IMG/VR virus record: IMGVR_UViG_3300028393_000021
Direction: 5' to 3' (one strand)
Source of the DNA: a virus
DNA: 64,000 nt
Made by a program: the position numbers and the translations under genes. Positions 55,591 through 64,000 of the stretch are shown here, piece after piece (position 1 is the stretch's first letter; every line of letters begins with the position of its first letter). The notes beneath the pieces were generated by a model. That model was not told the DNA's origin and did no database searches. It saw only the letters and a list, made by a program, of their open reading frames with translations.

Positions 55591-56319
55591 TTAAGAAAGA
55601 TTGGTTTTATCTTCTGCAATTAAATCTTCGAGAAAACGTGCCGTATCATAGTGATAAACATTAGTATTTGCCATATGATATGTTTGGGGATTATTTAAAC
55701 TTATCCAATCTTCAAATGCCCATCTATATTCTCTAGTACCAGGCCATTTATGCTCAACTGTATATTTTGATGAATCAATGGGTTCAGGCAAAGTGTTAAT
55801 ATAACTGGACGTTGCCCACCAAATATTACCACTGACAGTTAATTTAGAAATATCTTTAACACCTACTAGATCAATACTATTGTTTTCTAATATATCAACA
55901 CATTTTTTCCATCGGTCAACGGAATAGTAATCTAAAATTTGGCGCCAGCAATTATTAGTAATACTGGAATGTCCTATACCTTTACTATGAGTATACAATA
56001 CAAGAGTACTATCATCTAATAAACAACGATCATATAAGAATTTTAAAGTTTGTCCTTCATATATATTATTAGGTTCTGAAGTATCACGTATATCAAGAAT
56101 GTTGATAAAAGGATATCTAGTATTAATATATGATTTTATATCTTTTCCAAAATTACCAAAATCTAAATATATTGGCATAGTAATGCACATATTAACTTTA
56201 GCAATATTAACTAACCCTGAAGAGCGCAATCGGGCAACATGATCGTCTATCCACCAAGTGGATAATGCTCGCCTCTCATCTGGAGGAATATATAAATGAT
56301 AAAAAATTTCAATGTTCAT
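55591..56319 (-). CDS. Hypothetical protein, possibly glycosyltransferase-like
   Basis: YTHSKG, GNIWWA motifs; no firm family call. Confidence 0.4.
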   Translation of the reverse strand: MNIEIFYHLYIPPDERRALSTWWIDDHVARLRSSGLVNIAKVNMCITMPIYLDFGNFGKDIKSYINTRYPFINILDIRDTSEPNNIYEGQTLKFLYDRCLLDDSTLVLYTHSKGIGHSSITNNCWRQILDYYSVDRWKKCVDILENNSIDLVGVKDISKLTVSGNIWWATSSYINTLPEPIDSSKYTVEHKWPGTREYRWAFEDWISLNNPQTYHMANTNVYHYDTARFLEDLIAEDKTNLS

Positions 56320-56366
56320 ACAATAATATTATAATATATTATAATTTATCGTATATAAAATTGTGA

Positions 56367-57125
56367 TTAGCCTATAATGAATGTAAGCGGGGTCCCGCCA
56401 TCTTTGTAGTTCACTAGATCTAATTCTAGTGTTTCAATTTCAGCCTTACCTTCAGTTTTTAATGCTGTGCCATTTAATGAAGTACCGCCGGTTGGGCTAG
56501 CAATTTGATTAAATTTTTCACGAGCTTCACCTAACATTAGTTTAGCGGTAGCTAATGAATAATCTTTTAACCATTGATTAGCAAATGGGTCTTGCAATAA
56601 ATTAAAATCTGGTCTATAGTTAAACAACCATAGCATTATTTCTTCTTCACCTCGGGGACGTTGGAATAATGTTAGTTTTTTGGTAGTTTTATTGAATGTA
56701 AAATTAATATCACTACCAAACATCTTACCTACTTGTTTTTGGTAACTAGCAAATGCATAATATGTGGCTAAACCGCCCATGTTTGAACTTGCTAACAGAT
56801 AAGTATTTGCATATGCAAGATTGAACGGTTCGGTGATCGAACCTCCCATACCTCCACCACTTCTACTGCCAATATTACGTCTGTAAATTTGTCGAACATT
56901 AGTAATTTCTTGCGGTAATATATAATCGTTTTGATCTTCGACCATGGTTAAAAAACCAAAACTTTCTTCTACAGCATTACTACTACGCTGGCGGAATTTG
57001 TTTAATGCTCGATCAATAGCAATATTATAATGGGCAGGATCTAATTCTATATCGATCATACCATCACCTAGCATAAGTTTGCAGTAATCTATTACTTTTT
57101 GGCGTTCGTTTTCATTCTCTGTCAT
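56367..57125 (-). CDS. gp13: Neck protein (T4 gp13-like)
   Basis: IDYCKLMLG; WLKDYSLA; LNGTALKTEG. Confidence 0.8.
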   Translation of the reverse strand: MTENENERQKVIDYCKLMLGDGMIDIELDPAHYNIAIDRALNKFRQRSSNAVEESFGFLTMVEDQNDYILPQEITNVRQIYRRNIGSRSGGGMGGSITEPFNLAYANTYLLASSNMGGLATYYAFASYQKQVGKMFGSDINFTFNKTTKKLTLFQRPRGEEEIMLWLFNYRPDFNLLQDPFANQWLKDYSLATAKLMLGEAREKFNQIASPTGGTSLNGTALKTEGKAEIETLELDLVNYKDGGTPLTFIIG

Positions 57126-58317
57126 ACTGATATTTATCTAAAAAATATTGTTCAGTACTATTGATAACTTGATTTATATAGTCTGTTTTAGATTTTAAGT
57201 CCTGATAAATTTTTTGATTATATGTTACCATTTCTTGCCATTTATTGAAATATTTTGATTTGTCTGAATATATCCAACTAATTAATGTTTGATGAAATAT
57301 ATCAAATCTTTGAAAAGGATCTATGATGCTATCATATTCTATATCTAAAAAGTCAACCACAAATCCCCAACTTTGTAATTTAGCCATTAATCCAGGCTGT
57401 CCTAACACCATAAGTGGATGTCCGATTGCTAATGGTCTAAGTGATTTTTCTGTGATAAATAATCCGTTTTCACTAAAGAATGTTTCAGTGCTAATAGTAA
57501 GTAAAGAATTTAAAAAAATATTAAAATTTAAGGTATTGCCAAGACTAGATAGTGTCATATCTTCTATATCGACTATTTTAGGATAATTTTCTCGTAATAA
57601 AAGTCGATATGTAACTTCATGGCAATTAACATGTGTGGGAAACATAGTATGATATTGTTCTCGATTAAAAAAGGTGCCGCCTGATACTATACCAGTTGAT
57701 AATATATTATTTTTTGCTAACATGTATAAATGATCAGTTCTATGGGGCCGGTGGGACCGGTTAAGACTATTAAACAAATAGTCAGCATCTTTATTAAAAA
57801 TTGGAGTATTTAACTTATCCCAATTAACTCCCCACTCTAATCCCTGAAGAAACTCTATCCATGGAATTTGGTTATTTGTTTGACACCAATCTATATATTC
57901 TTGATTACAGTTAAGATTACCAGTAACTATTAAAATACTATATTTAGGTAAAGCAAGTTGATGTATTGAGTCTGTTAAGGATTGAAATGAATCTGCAACT
58001 TCGTTAATAAAACTATCTCCTTCTATAGTTGATAGAATTAATATTCTTAGTTTTTGTTCTTTAACGCCTGTAATTACATGGGAAGGAATATGATCAATAA
58101 TATTAATAGACTCAGGAACATAATCTAACTTATTAGCCCATTGATGGGTATGAGTACTGACTTCTATAGGCCACAATCCGGGTTCGGAATAATCAGAACT
58201 AATTACACTTGTTATTGGTAAGAGTTTAGAAATTAAACGGTCTTGCGGTCTTACTGATTTAATTTGTGCAATATGGCTTAAATTAACTTCTAATGTATGA
58301 TCAAAGTATGCTTTCAT
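57112..58317 (-). CDS. Hypothetical protein, possibly glycosyltransferase-like
   Basis: ISTETFF...ITEKSLRP motif recalls GT10-like C-termini. Confidence 0.4.
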   Translation of the reverse strand: MKAYFDHTLEVNLSHIAQIKSVRPQDRLISKLLPITSVISSDYSEPGLWPIEVSTHTHQWANKLDYVPESINIIDHIPSHVITGVKEQKLRILILSTIEGDSFINEVADSFQSLTDSIHQLALPKYSILIVTGNLNCNQEYIDWCQTNNQIPWIEFLQGLEWGVNWDKLNTPIFNKDADYLFNSLNRSHRPHRTDHLYMLAKNNILSTGIVSGGTFFNREQYHTMFPTHVNCHEVTYRLLLRENYPKIVDIEDMTLSSLGNTLNFNIFLNSLLTISTETFFSENGLFITEKSLRPLAIGHPLMVLGQPGLMAKLQSWGFVVDFLDIEYDSIIDPFQRFDIFHQTLISWIYSDKSKYFNKWQEMVTYNQKIYQDLKSKTDYINQVINSTEQYFLDKYQYDRE

Positions 58318-58364
58318 TAAAACCTCTAAAATTTAATAACAATATTTACCTGATAAATAATACT

Positions 58365-59555
58365 ATGCCAAGACTTTCCCTATACCGTCCTGAAAAGGGC
58401 AACGATTTTAGATTTTTAGACCGTGCCATTAATGAACAATTTCAGGTCGGTGGCACTGATGTATATCTGCACAAATATCTTGGTGTAGTAAATCCACTTG
58501 AGGGTGAAAGTTCTCCAAGTAAACCAGCTAATGTTAGTGAGCAAGGAGTATTAGGAATACAAGATGTATTGTTCATGGAAAATCGTGATCGACATTACGA
58601 CCCTGATGTTTATGTCATTAGAGGAATTTATACACTAAGTGATTTAGATTTTAATCTAAGTCAATTTGGGTTGTTTTTAAACAATGACAATATTATGATA
58701 ACCTTTCATCTTCGAGGCACATTTGATTCTATAGGTAGAAAAATTGTAGCCGGTGATGTTATTGAACTTCCGCATCAAAAGGACGAATATGCCTTGGACG
58801 AAGATGCATTAGTTGCATTAAAAAGATTTTATGTTGTATCCGAAGTAACTAGACCGGCTAACGGGTATAGTCAAACATGGTATCCACATTTACTTCGTGC
58901 AAAATGCAGCCCATTAGTTGATACACAAGAATTTAAAGAAATTCTTGATAGTGATAGTGGCGCAGGCGATAATAGCACATTGCGAGATTTGTTATCAACT
59001 TATCAACAGAACATAGACATTAATGATCAAGTTATAGCACAGGCAAGAGAAGACGCAAAACTTAGCGGGTACGACACCAGACAATTTTATGTAATACCAA
59101 CAGCAGAAGGCGGATTGTCCCAACTTTCTGATGTGTCAAGTGATTTAATTGACATAAGTTCTACATTAACTAATTCTAGTGCTGTGTTAGTAAGCCCTAC
59201 TAAAAATTATTATGTTGGATATTTGACAGGAGATGGCATTCCACCGGATGGTGTACCGTATAGTTTTGGCATTTCATTCCCACTATCTGCTATAAACGGT
59301 CAATTCTTTTTAAGAACAGATTACTTACCTAATAGACTATTTAGATATGATGGTAAACATTGGATTAAATATGAAGATAACGTAAGGATGACCACTAGTA
59401 CGTTAGGTGAAACTCAAACTAATGATCCATTATTAGTACGTAGAAAATTAAAAGCAAGTTTTGTTAATAATACAACAACTTCAACTATAGGTGGTCAAGT
59501 TGTTCAAGAACGCCAAGCACTAAGTCAGGTATTAAAACCTAAAGCAGATAACTAA
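58365..59555 (+). CDS. gp14: Neck / head-closure protein (T4 gp14-like); likely start MPRLSLY at 58365
   Basis: IQDVLFMENRDRHYD; LSQFGLFL; GDVIELP; ATAAATA 5 nt before ATG. Confidence 0.75.
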   Translation: MPRLSLYRPEKGNDFRFLDRAINEQFQVGGTDVYLHKYLGVVNPLEGESSPSKPANVSEQGVLGIQDVLFMENRDRHYDPDVYVIRGIYTLSDLDFNLSQFGLFLNNDNIMITFHLRGTFDSIGRKIVAGDVIELPHQKDEYALDEDALVALKRFYVVSEVTRPANGYSQTWYPHLLRAKCSPLVDTQEFKEILDSDSGAGDNSTLRDLLSTYQQNIDINDQVIAQAREDAKLSGYDTRQFYVIPTAEGGLSQLSDVSSDLIDISSTLTNSSAVLVSPTKNYYVGYLTGDGIPPDGVPYSFGISFPLSAINGQFFLRTDYLPNRLFRYDGKHWIKYEDNVRMTTSTLGETQTNDPLLVRRKLKASFVNNTTTSTIGGQVVQERQALSQVLKPKADN

Positions 59556-59556
59556 T

Positions 59557-60120
59557 ATGTACATTTATAAGTTTACTCATCTAGAGACTAATAGATGCTA
59601 TATAGGTCAAACAATACAGAACCCTAATCAACGGCGATTAGAACACATTGCAGATAGTCGATATACAACAAGAGTATATCATTTTCATAATGCTATAAGA
59701 AAATACGGAATAGATGCATTTTCATTTGAAGTTATTGCAGAGGCTAATTCTTTAGAGGAATTAAATATTCTTGAAGAAAAATATGTAGAAGAATTTGATT
59801 CTATTAATAATGGATTTAATATTAGACAAGCCGGCGGCAACAAATTGCATTCGGAAGAAAGTAAAAAAAGAATGAGCGATGCTCAAAAAACAGCACATGC
59901 CAGAAGAAAAATCCAAGGAACAGATACCTGGAAAAGAAAAGACGGCGGCCCTATGAAGGGAAAGTCCCATCCAAATAAGGGTGGAACTTCTGCTAATAAG
60001 GGTAAAAAATTAGGCATGACTTGGGAAGAAATATACGGACCAGAAATTGCTAATGCAAGAAAATCAGTAATGGCTGAGAGAGCACTTGCTCGTAAACAAC
60101 TTAAGGAGGCTTCGGTTTAA
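59557..60120 (+). mobile_element. GIY-YIG homing endonuclease with NUMOD3-like repeats (Seg-like)
   Basis: MYIYKFT...CYIGQT...R...H; NGFN; HSEESKKRMS. Confidence 0.85.
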
Positions 60121-60135
60121 CACCGTTGTACTAAA

Positions 60136-61533
60136 TCGGATTATTTTTATGATGGGCAAGTACGCAGATACGTGACCCAGTTTATTCAAATTTTAAGCAA
60201 CTTTGCTTACAAAGATGCCAAGGGACAGTTGGTTCGTGTACCTGTTCGATACGGAGATATGACTAGACAAGTTGGGCAACTACTTAAAAAGAACAGCGAA
60301 AATACCATACCAAGTGCGCCATTTATTGCATGTTATATTAAAGATTTGCAATATGACTTAACTAGACTGCAAGATCCTACATTTATTAGTAAAGTAAACA
60401 TCAGAGAAAGAGCATTTGATGAAACTACTCAAGAATACTTATCAACCCAAGGAAATAATTATACTATTGAACGTATAATGCCAAGCCCATATAAAATATC
60501 ATTTTGTGCAGATATATGGTCAACTAATACTGAACAAAAATTACAAATTTGGGAGCAATTGGTTGTATTCTTTAATCCAAGTTTTGAAATACAAACTACC
60601 GATAATTATGTTGACTGGACTAGTTTAAGTAGCATAACTTTAGATAATCAAGTTTGGACTAGTAGAACCATACCACAGGGTGCAGCGGAAGATATTGATA
60701 TAATGACAATAAATTTTCATGCACCTATATGGATCACGCCACCAGCTAAAGTTAAAAAATTAGGAATTATTACAAAAATTATTTCTAATATATTTTCTCA
60801 AACTGCACAAGGTACAATTGCTTCAAAATATAGTGATAAAGATGCAACTGATATGTTTGCTGACATAAGTCCAGATACAACCGTTACTGTTACACCTGGA
60901 AATTTTGACTTATTGGTACTTAATAACACAGCACGACTAATACATGCTAACGGTTTAAACGATGGGCTTGATCTAGGAAATCCGACTAATTCAGCAGCAT
61001 GGGCATCAATATTAGATATGTATCCTGGACAATTTAGAGCAGGACTAAGTCAACTAAGATTTACTCAAGCAGCAGGTAATGATATTATTGCGTATATTAG
61101 CCTAAATCCAACCGATGAAAAATCAATGATTTTAAGTATGGATCAAGATACAGTACCTACTAATACTGTAGTAGCTGGTAGAGGTACAGTAGATGCAGTT
61201 ATCAATCCCGAGACGTATATACCGCATAATTTAGTAGTTGGAACCCGATATTTAATATTAGAAGATATCAATATTAATACATTATATGGTACTGCTGGAT
61301 ACGACGGGCCAGAAGCCTGGAAGAATGCAGATACATCTGATTTTCAAGCACATGCAAATGACATTATAGCATGGAACGGGTCTCAATGGAATGTAATACT
61401 CGATTCTACCACTAATAAGACAATAACTTATATAACTAACTCATATACAGGAACACAATACAAGTGGACAACTTCCTGGAGTAAAAGTTATGAGGGAATT
61501 TATTCAGCAAGTTTATGGCGATTGCTTCTTTAA
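60136..61533 (+). CDS. gp15: Tail terminator / sheath stabiliser (T4 gp15-like); start codon unresolved
   Basis: VPVRYG; PSPYKI; EQKLQIWEQ..F.P. In-frame SDYFYDGQVRRY precedes the GTG at 60172 but has no ATG. Confidence 0.75.
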   Translation, partial: SDYFYDGQVRRYVTQFIQILSNFAYKDAKGQLVRVPVRYGDMTRQVGQLLKKNSENTIPSAPFIACYIKDLQYDLTRLQDPTFISKVNIRERAFDETTQEYLSTQGNNYTIERIMPSPYKISFCADIWSTNTEQKLQIWEQLVVFFNPSFEIQTTDNYVDWTSLSSITLDNQVWTSRTIPQGAAEDIDIMTINFHAPIWITPPAKVKKLGIITKIISNIFSQTAQGTIASKYSDKDATDMFADISPDTTVTVTPGNFDLLVLNNTARLIHANGLNDGLDLGNPTNSAAWASILDMYPGQFRAGLSQLRFTQAAGNDIIAYISLNPTDEKSMILSMDQDTVPTNTVVAGRGTVDAVINPETYIPHNLVVGTRYLILEDININTLYGTAGYDGPEAWKNADTSDFQAHANDIIAWNGSQWNVILDSTTNKTITYITNSYTGTQYKWTTSWSKSYEGIYSASLWRLLL

Positions 61534-61955
61534 ATCAAATTGTGTGTAGTGGAGGATTATTTCTCGCAAAAGAAACTGGCAGATTTTTGTTTTTGTTACG
61601 TACACAAGGTAAAACTGCAGGAACATGGGGATTTGTTGGTGGAAGAAAAGAACCCAATGATATTACACCATACGATGCATTAACTAGGGAAATACATGAA
61701 GAAGTAGGTAAAACGCCTACTATTAAAAAAATAATTCCATTAGAGTTATTTGTTAGTAACGATCAAAATTTTCAATACAATACATATGTATTATTAATAG
61801 ATCGTGAATTTATTCCAACATTAAATGAAGAACATTCAGGGTATGCATGGTGTAATTATGACTCTTACCCTAAACCGTTACATCAAGGTGTAAAGTCATC
61901 TTTGTCTAATAAAATTATTAAAGCTAAATTAGAAATTTTATTAGATTTAATTTAA
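61515..61955 (+). CDS. NUDIX hydrolase
   Basis: GG...E.....ALTREIHEEVG Nudix box. Confidence 0.88.
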   Translation: MAIASLNQIVCSGGLFLAKETGRFLFLLRTQGKTAGTWGFVGGRKEPNDITPYDALTREIHEEVGKTPTIKKIIPLELFVSNDQNFQYNTYVLLIDREFIPTLNEEHSGYAWCNYDSYPKPLHQGVKSSLSNKIIKAKLEILLDLI

Positions 61956-62603
61956 TACATCTGTATTAAATGCAAATGTTCCAAGGTGATGCAATTCTTG
62001 GCTTATCATAGTATCTATTTTGATTGAATATCCTGCTGCTGTTATTTTTTGACAAAGATACATGTCTTCGCCTAAAAAATCATTCGAAGAAGGCGTCCAT
62101 TGGAAGTCAAACCATGGTTTGCTTAATTCTTTAAATATATCTGTTTTAATTAAAAAACATCCCATACCTACACCAGCAACTGGAACTAATTCATCCTGTA
62201 CATCAAATGATAATGGGTTTTCCCAAGCACCTATTTTTTCGTACGCTACACCCTTATACGGCTTTTGCCTACGGACATAATTGCCCGCAACTATAGGTTT
62301 GTTATGTGCTAGCAATCTAGCTGCTGTGGTTGCAGGAAATACCATATCACTATCTAACCAAAGCATATAATCAGCATTTAATTCTACTGCTTGAGTTGCC
62401 AATCTTTCTCGTTGGGTTAACAAAATTGTGCTGGCATCCATAAACACATGGGTGTCTATGTTGTTCATGGTATTAAATTTAACGAGTTCAGTTAATGCTA
62501 GAGCATGTGCAGAATGTAACGTATCTCTGCAGGGAATTAACACAGCTAATTTGCTTTTCTTTGTTGACCAACTACTGGAAGAAAATACTGATTTGTTTTT
62601 CAT
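61947..62603 (-). CDS. Glycosyltransferase family 2-like
   Basis: VLIPCRD; WLDSD; GEDMYLC. Confidence 0.75.
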   Translation of the reverse strand: MKNKSVFSSSSWSTKKSKLAVLIPCRDTLHSAHALALTELVKFNTMNNIDTHVFMDASTILLTQRERLATQAVELNADYMLWLDSDMVFPATTAARLLAHNKPIVAGNYVRRQKPYKGVAYEKIGAWENPLSFDVQDELVPVAGVGMGCFLIKTDIFKELSKPWFDFQWTPSSNDFLGEDMYLCQKITAAGYSIKIDTMISQELHHLGTFAFNTDVLN

Positions 62604-63064
62604 GTGCCTGCGACATCTCTACTAAGGGTTTCGCCTTTAATTACCAATCCGTGAATCGCATTGATTAAATCTTGGGTACGTTTTGCACATAGTATAAAGT
62701 CACTCGGGCTAAGTTTGCAAGCGGTATTCATAGTCTCAAAACTTATTTTTTCTCCAGTTAAAATTTCAATAGCACTTATTCTAGCTAAATTTTCAATAAA
62801 TGAAATTCTATGGTCTTCGTCGGTGCTATCCGATAATTCTAAACATTCATCTTCATCTAAATCTTCAAGAAGTTCTAACAAATATCCTAATTCTTCTTGC
62901 TCGCTCGGAGTTCTTTTGATTATTTGTAATGATTGTATTCTAATTAGAAAATTAGATAATGTTTTGAGATTTGAAGTTCTGTCGTAGTATACAACCGAGT
63001 CTAGTTCCCATTTGCTAACTGTTTTTAGTTTAGATAATACGTTATCAATTTGTGTTATTTTCAT
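62600..63064 (-). CDS. Hypothetical protein
   Basis: 154-aa ORF. Confidence 0.6.
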   Translation of the reverse strand: MKITQIDNVLSKLKTVSKWELDSVVYYDRTSNLKTLSNFLIRIQSLQIIKRTPSEQEELGYLLELLEDLDEDECLELSDSTDEDHRISFIENLARISAIEILTGEKISFETMNTACKLSPSDFILCAKRTQDLINAIHGLVIKGETLSRDVAGT

Positions 63065-63066
63065 TA

Positions 63067-63291
63067 TTAGTATCCATACGGAGTTGTTTTGCCGCCGAAT
63101 GTAGCTGATATCGAAATTGATGTTCCTGTGCTCTTTGCACCAAAATTATATCCTAATGAAGCACTTAATCTTATGTCTTTACCACCTGCAGGAGACGGGC
63201 CTAACCCGGCAGAATTTGGAACATAGTTAGTAAATGCTTGATTAACTTGTCCAAATGATATTTGTGATCCTGTTGCTGGTAATGTTGCCAT
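63067..63291 (-). CDS. Small virion-type protein
   Basis: MATLPATGSQISF...; TATAAATA upstream. Confidence 0.55.
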   Translation of the reverse strand: MATLPATGSQISFGQVNQAFTNYVPNSAGLGPSPAGGKDIRLSASLGYNFGAKSTGTSISISATFGGKTTPYGY

Positions 63292-63349
63292 ATTGGGTTC
63301 TGCGGCCTTCTATTTATATTGTGGTATCTGTTATATTTATAAAACTGAT

Positions 63350-64000
63350 TTAGTATGATGGATACCATTTATTGGTTCCTCCGTCAAACGTCATAATTAA
63401 TGCTTTACTGATTACCGCAGTAGAGGCCAATGCAACATTTCCACTAGTACTAATAGTCCACAGGCCCGTTGGTATTAACGTAAGTTGACCGCTGGAATAC
63501 GATATTGGGCTAGGAGCAACAATTGTATTAATTGTTGTACTACCGGATACAAATGTTATGGCATAAGTTGGACTAATTGTACCGGTACTAGCAATAGTTG
63601 GTGCATTGCTACCTCGTGCAATTAAATTAACAACTAGTCCGCCTTGAACACCAACACCTCCAGTCACAGCTAGGGCGCCGCCTGTGGTACTTGTAGAAGC
63701 ACTGGCATTTGTAATAGTTAAAGCATTACTAGTGCTAGTTGGAAAACTACCTGCACTACCCCAATAACCTTGAGCACCTTGACTACCGGTATATCCCAAT
63801 ACGCCAGTTGCAGTACTTGCTGCGCCTGCACTACCGGTATATCCCAATACGCCAGTTGCAGTACTTGCTGCGCCTGCACTACCGGTATATCCCAATACGC
63901 CAGTTGCAGTACTTGCTGCGCCTGCACTACCGGTATATCCATTACCTCCAGTTGCACTAATAGTAACAGTAGTACCCGATGTAGATACTGATATACCAGT
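63350..64000 (-). CDS. C-terminal part of a fibre-like protein with GYTGS repeats (starts beyond window)
   Basis: Frame is open to base 64000 (TGISVSTSG...); the track start at 63895 is internal. Confidence 0.75.
   Translation of the reverse strand, partial: TGISVSTSGTTVTISATGGNGYTGSAGAASTATGVLGYTGSAGAASTATGVLGYTGSAGAASTATGVLGYTGSQGAQGYWGSAGSFPTSTSNALTITNASASTSTTGGALAVTGGVGVQGGLVVNLIARGSNAPTIASTGTISPTYAITFVSGSTTINTIVAPSPISYSSGQLTLIPTGLWTISTSGNVALASTAVISKALIMTFDGGTNKWYPSY
63782..63940. repeat. 48-bp tandem repeat (GYTGSAGAASTATGVL), three full copies plus partial
   Basis: actaccggtatatcc at 63782, 63830, 63878, 63926. Confidence 0.95.

Noticed and set aside
30663-58000. Many short + strand ORFs in the track opposite core genes
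   Set aside because: Fully overlap well-supported minus-strand genes and lack start signals.
59557-60138. Group I or II intron around the GIY-YIG gene
   Set aside because: Only about 18 nt of non-coding sequence, no recognisable P7/R-S core or GUGYG/domain V; the junction restoring MSDYF ends in T, not the terminal G.
63718-63991. Repetitive ORFs in other frames (IPVVQAQQ, STCCACTT, YRYIPIRQ)
   Set aside because: By-products of the stop-free 48-bp repeat of the GYTGS gene.

Overview
Phage DNA, not cellular: a 64-kb slice of a large T4-like myovirus genome, probably infecting a Gram-negative host. Four zones: (1) 1-9.2 kb, radical-SAM, glycosyltransferase-like and virion genes; (2) about 9.8-25.8 kb, a visibly GC-richer early island with a tRNA(CAU), a candidate structured RNA and about 45 mostly small ORFs behind about 30 near-consensus sigma70 promoters, bounded on both sides by repeat- or palindrome-rich non-coding DNA; (3) 25.9-30.7 kb accessory genes (OMP-like protein, circularly permuted tmRNA, methyltransferase, nucleotidyltransferase, YqgE/AlgH); (4) 30.7-64 kb T4-like core (gp41, gp61, mini-DnaE, dCMP deaminase, UvsW/Y/X, gp32, gp17, gp4, gp19, gp18, gp1, gp13, gp14, gp15). 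Most unusual signals: a 594-nt stretch with no TC or CC dinucleotide on the sense strand, with the bias flipping strand at a divergent promoter; a two-piece tmRNA; ATGs placed at the predicted +1 of both early and late promoters (leaderless mRNAs); and a GIY-YIG gene that appears to have taken the gp15 start codon. All product calls come from motif recognition by eye; no database search was run.
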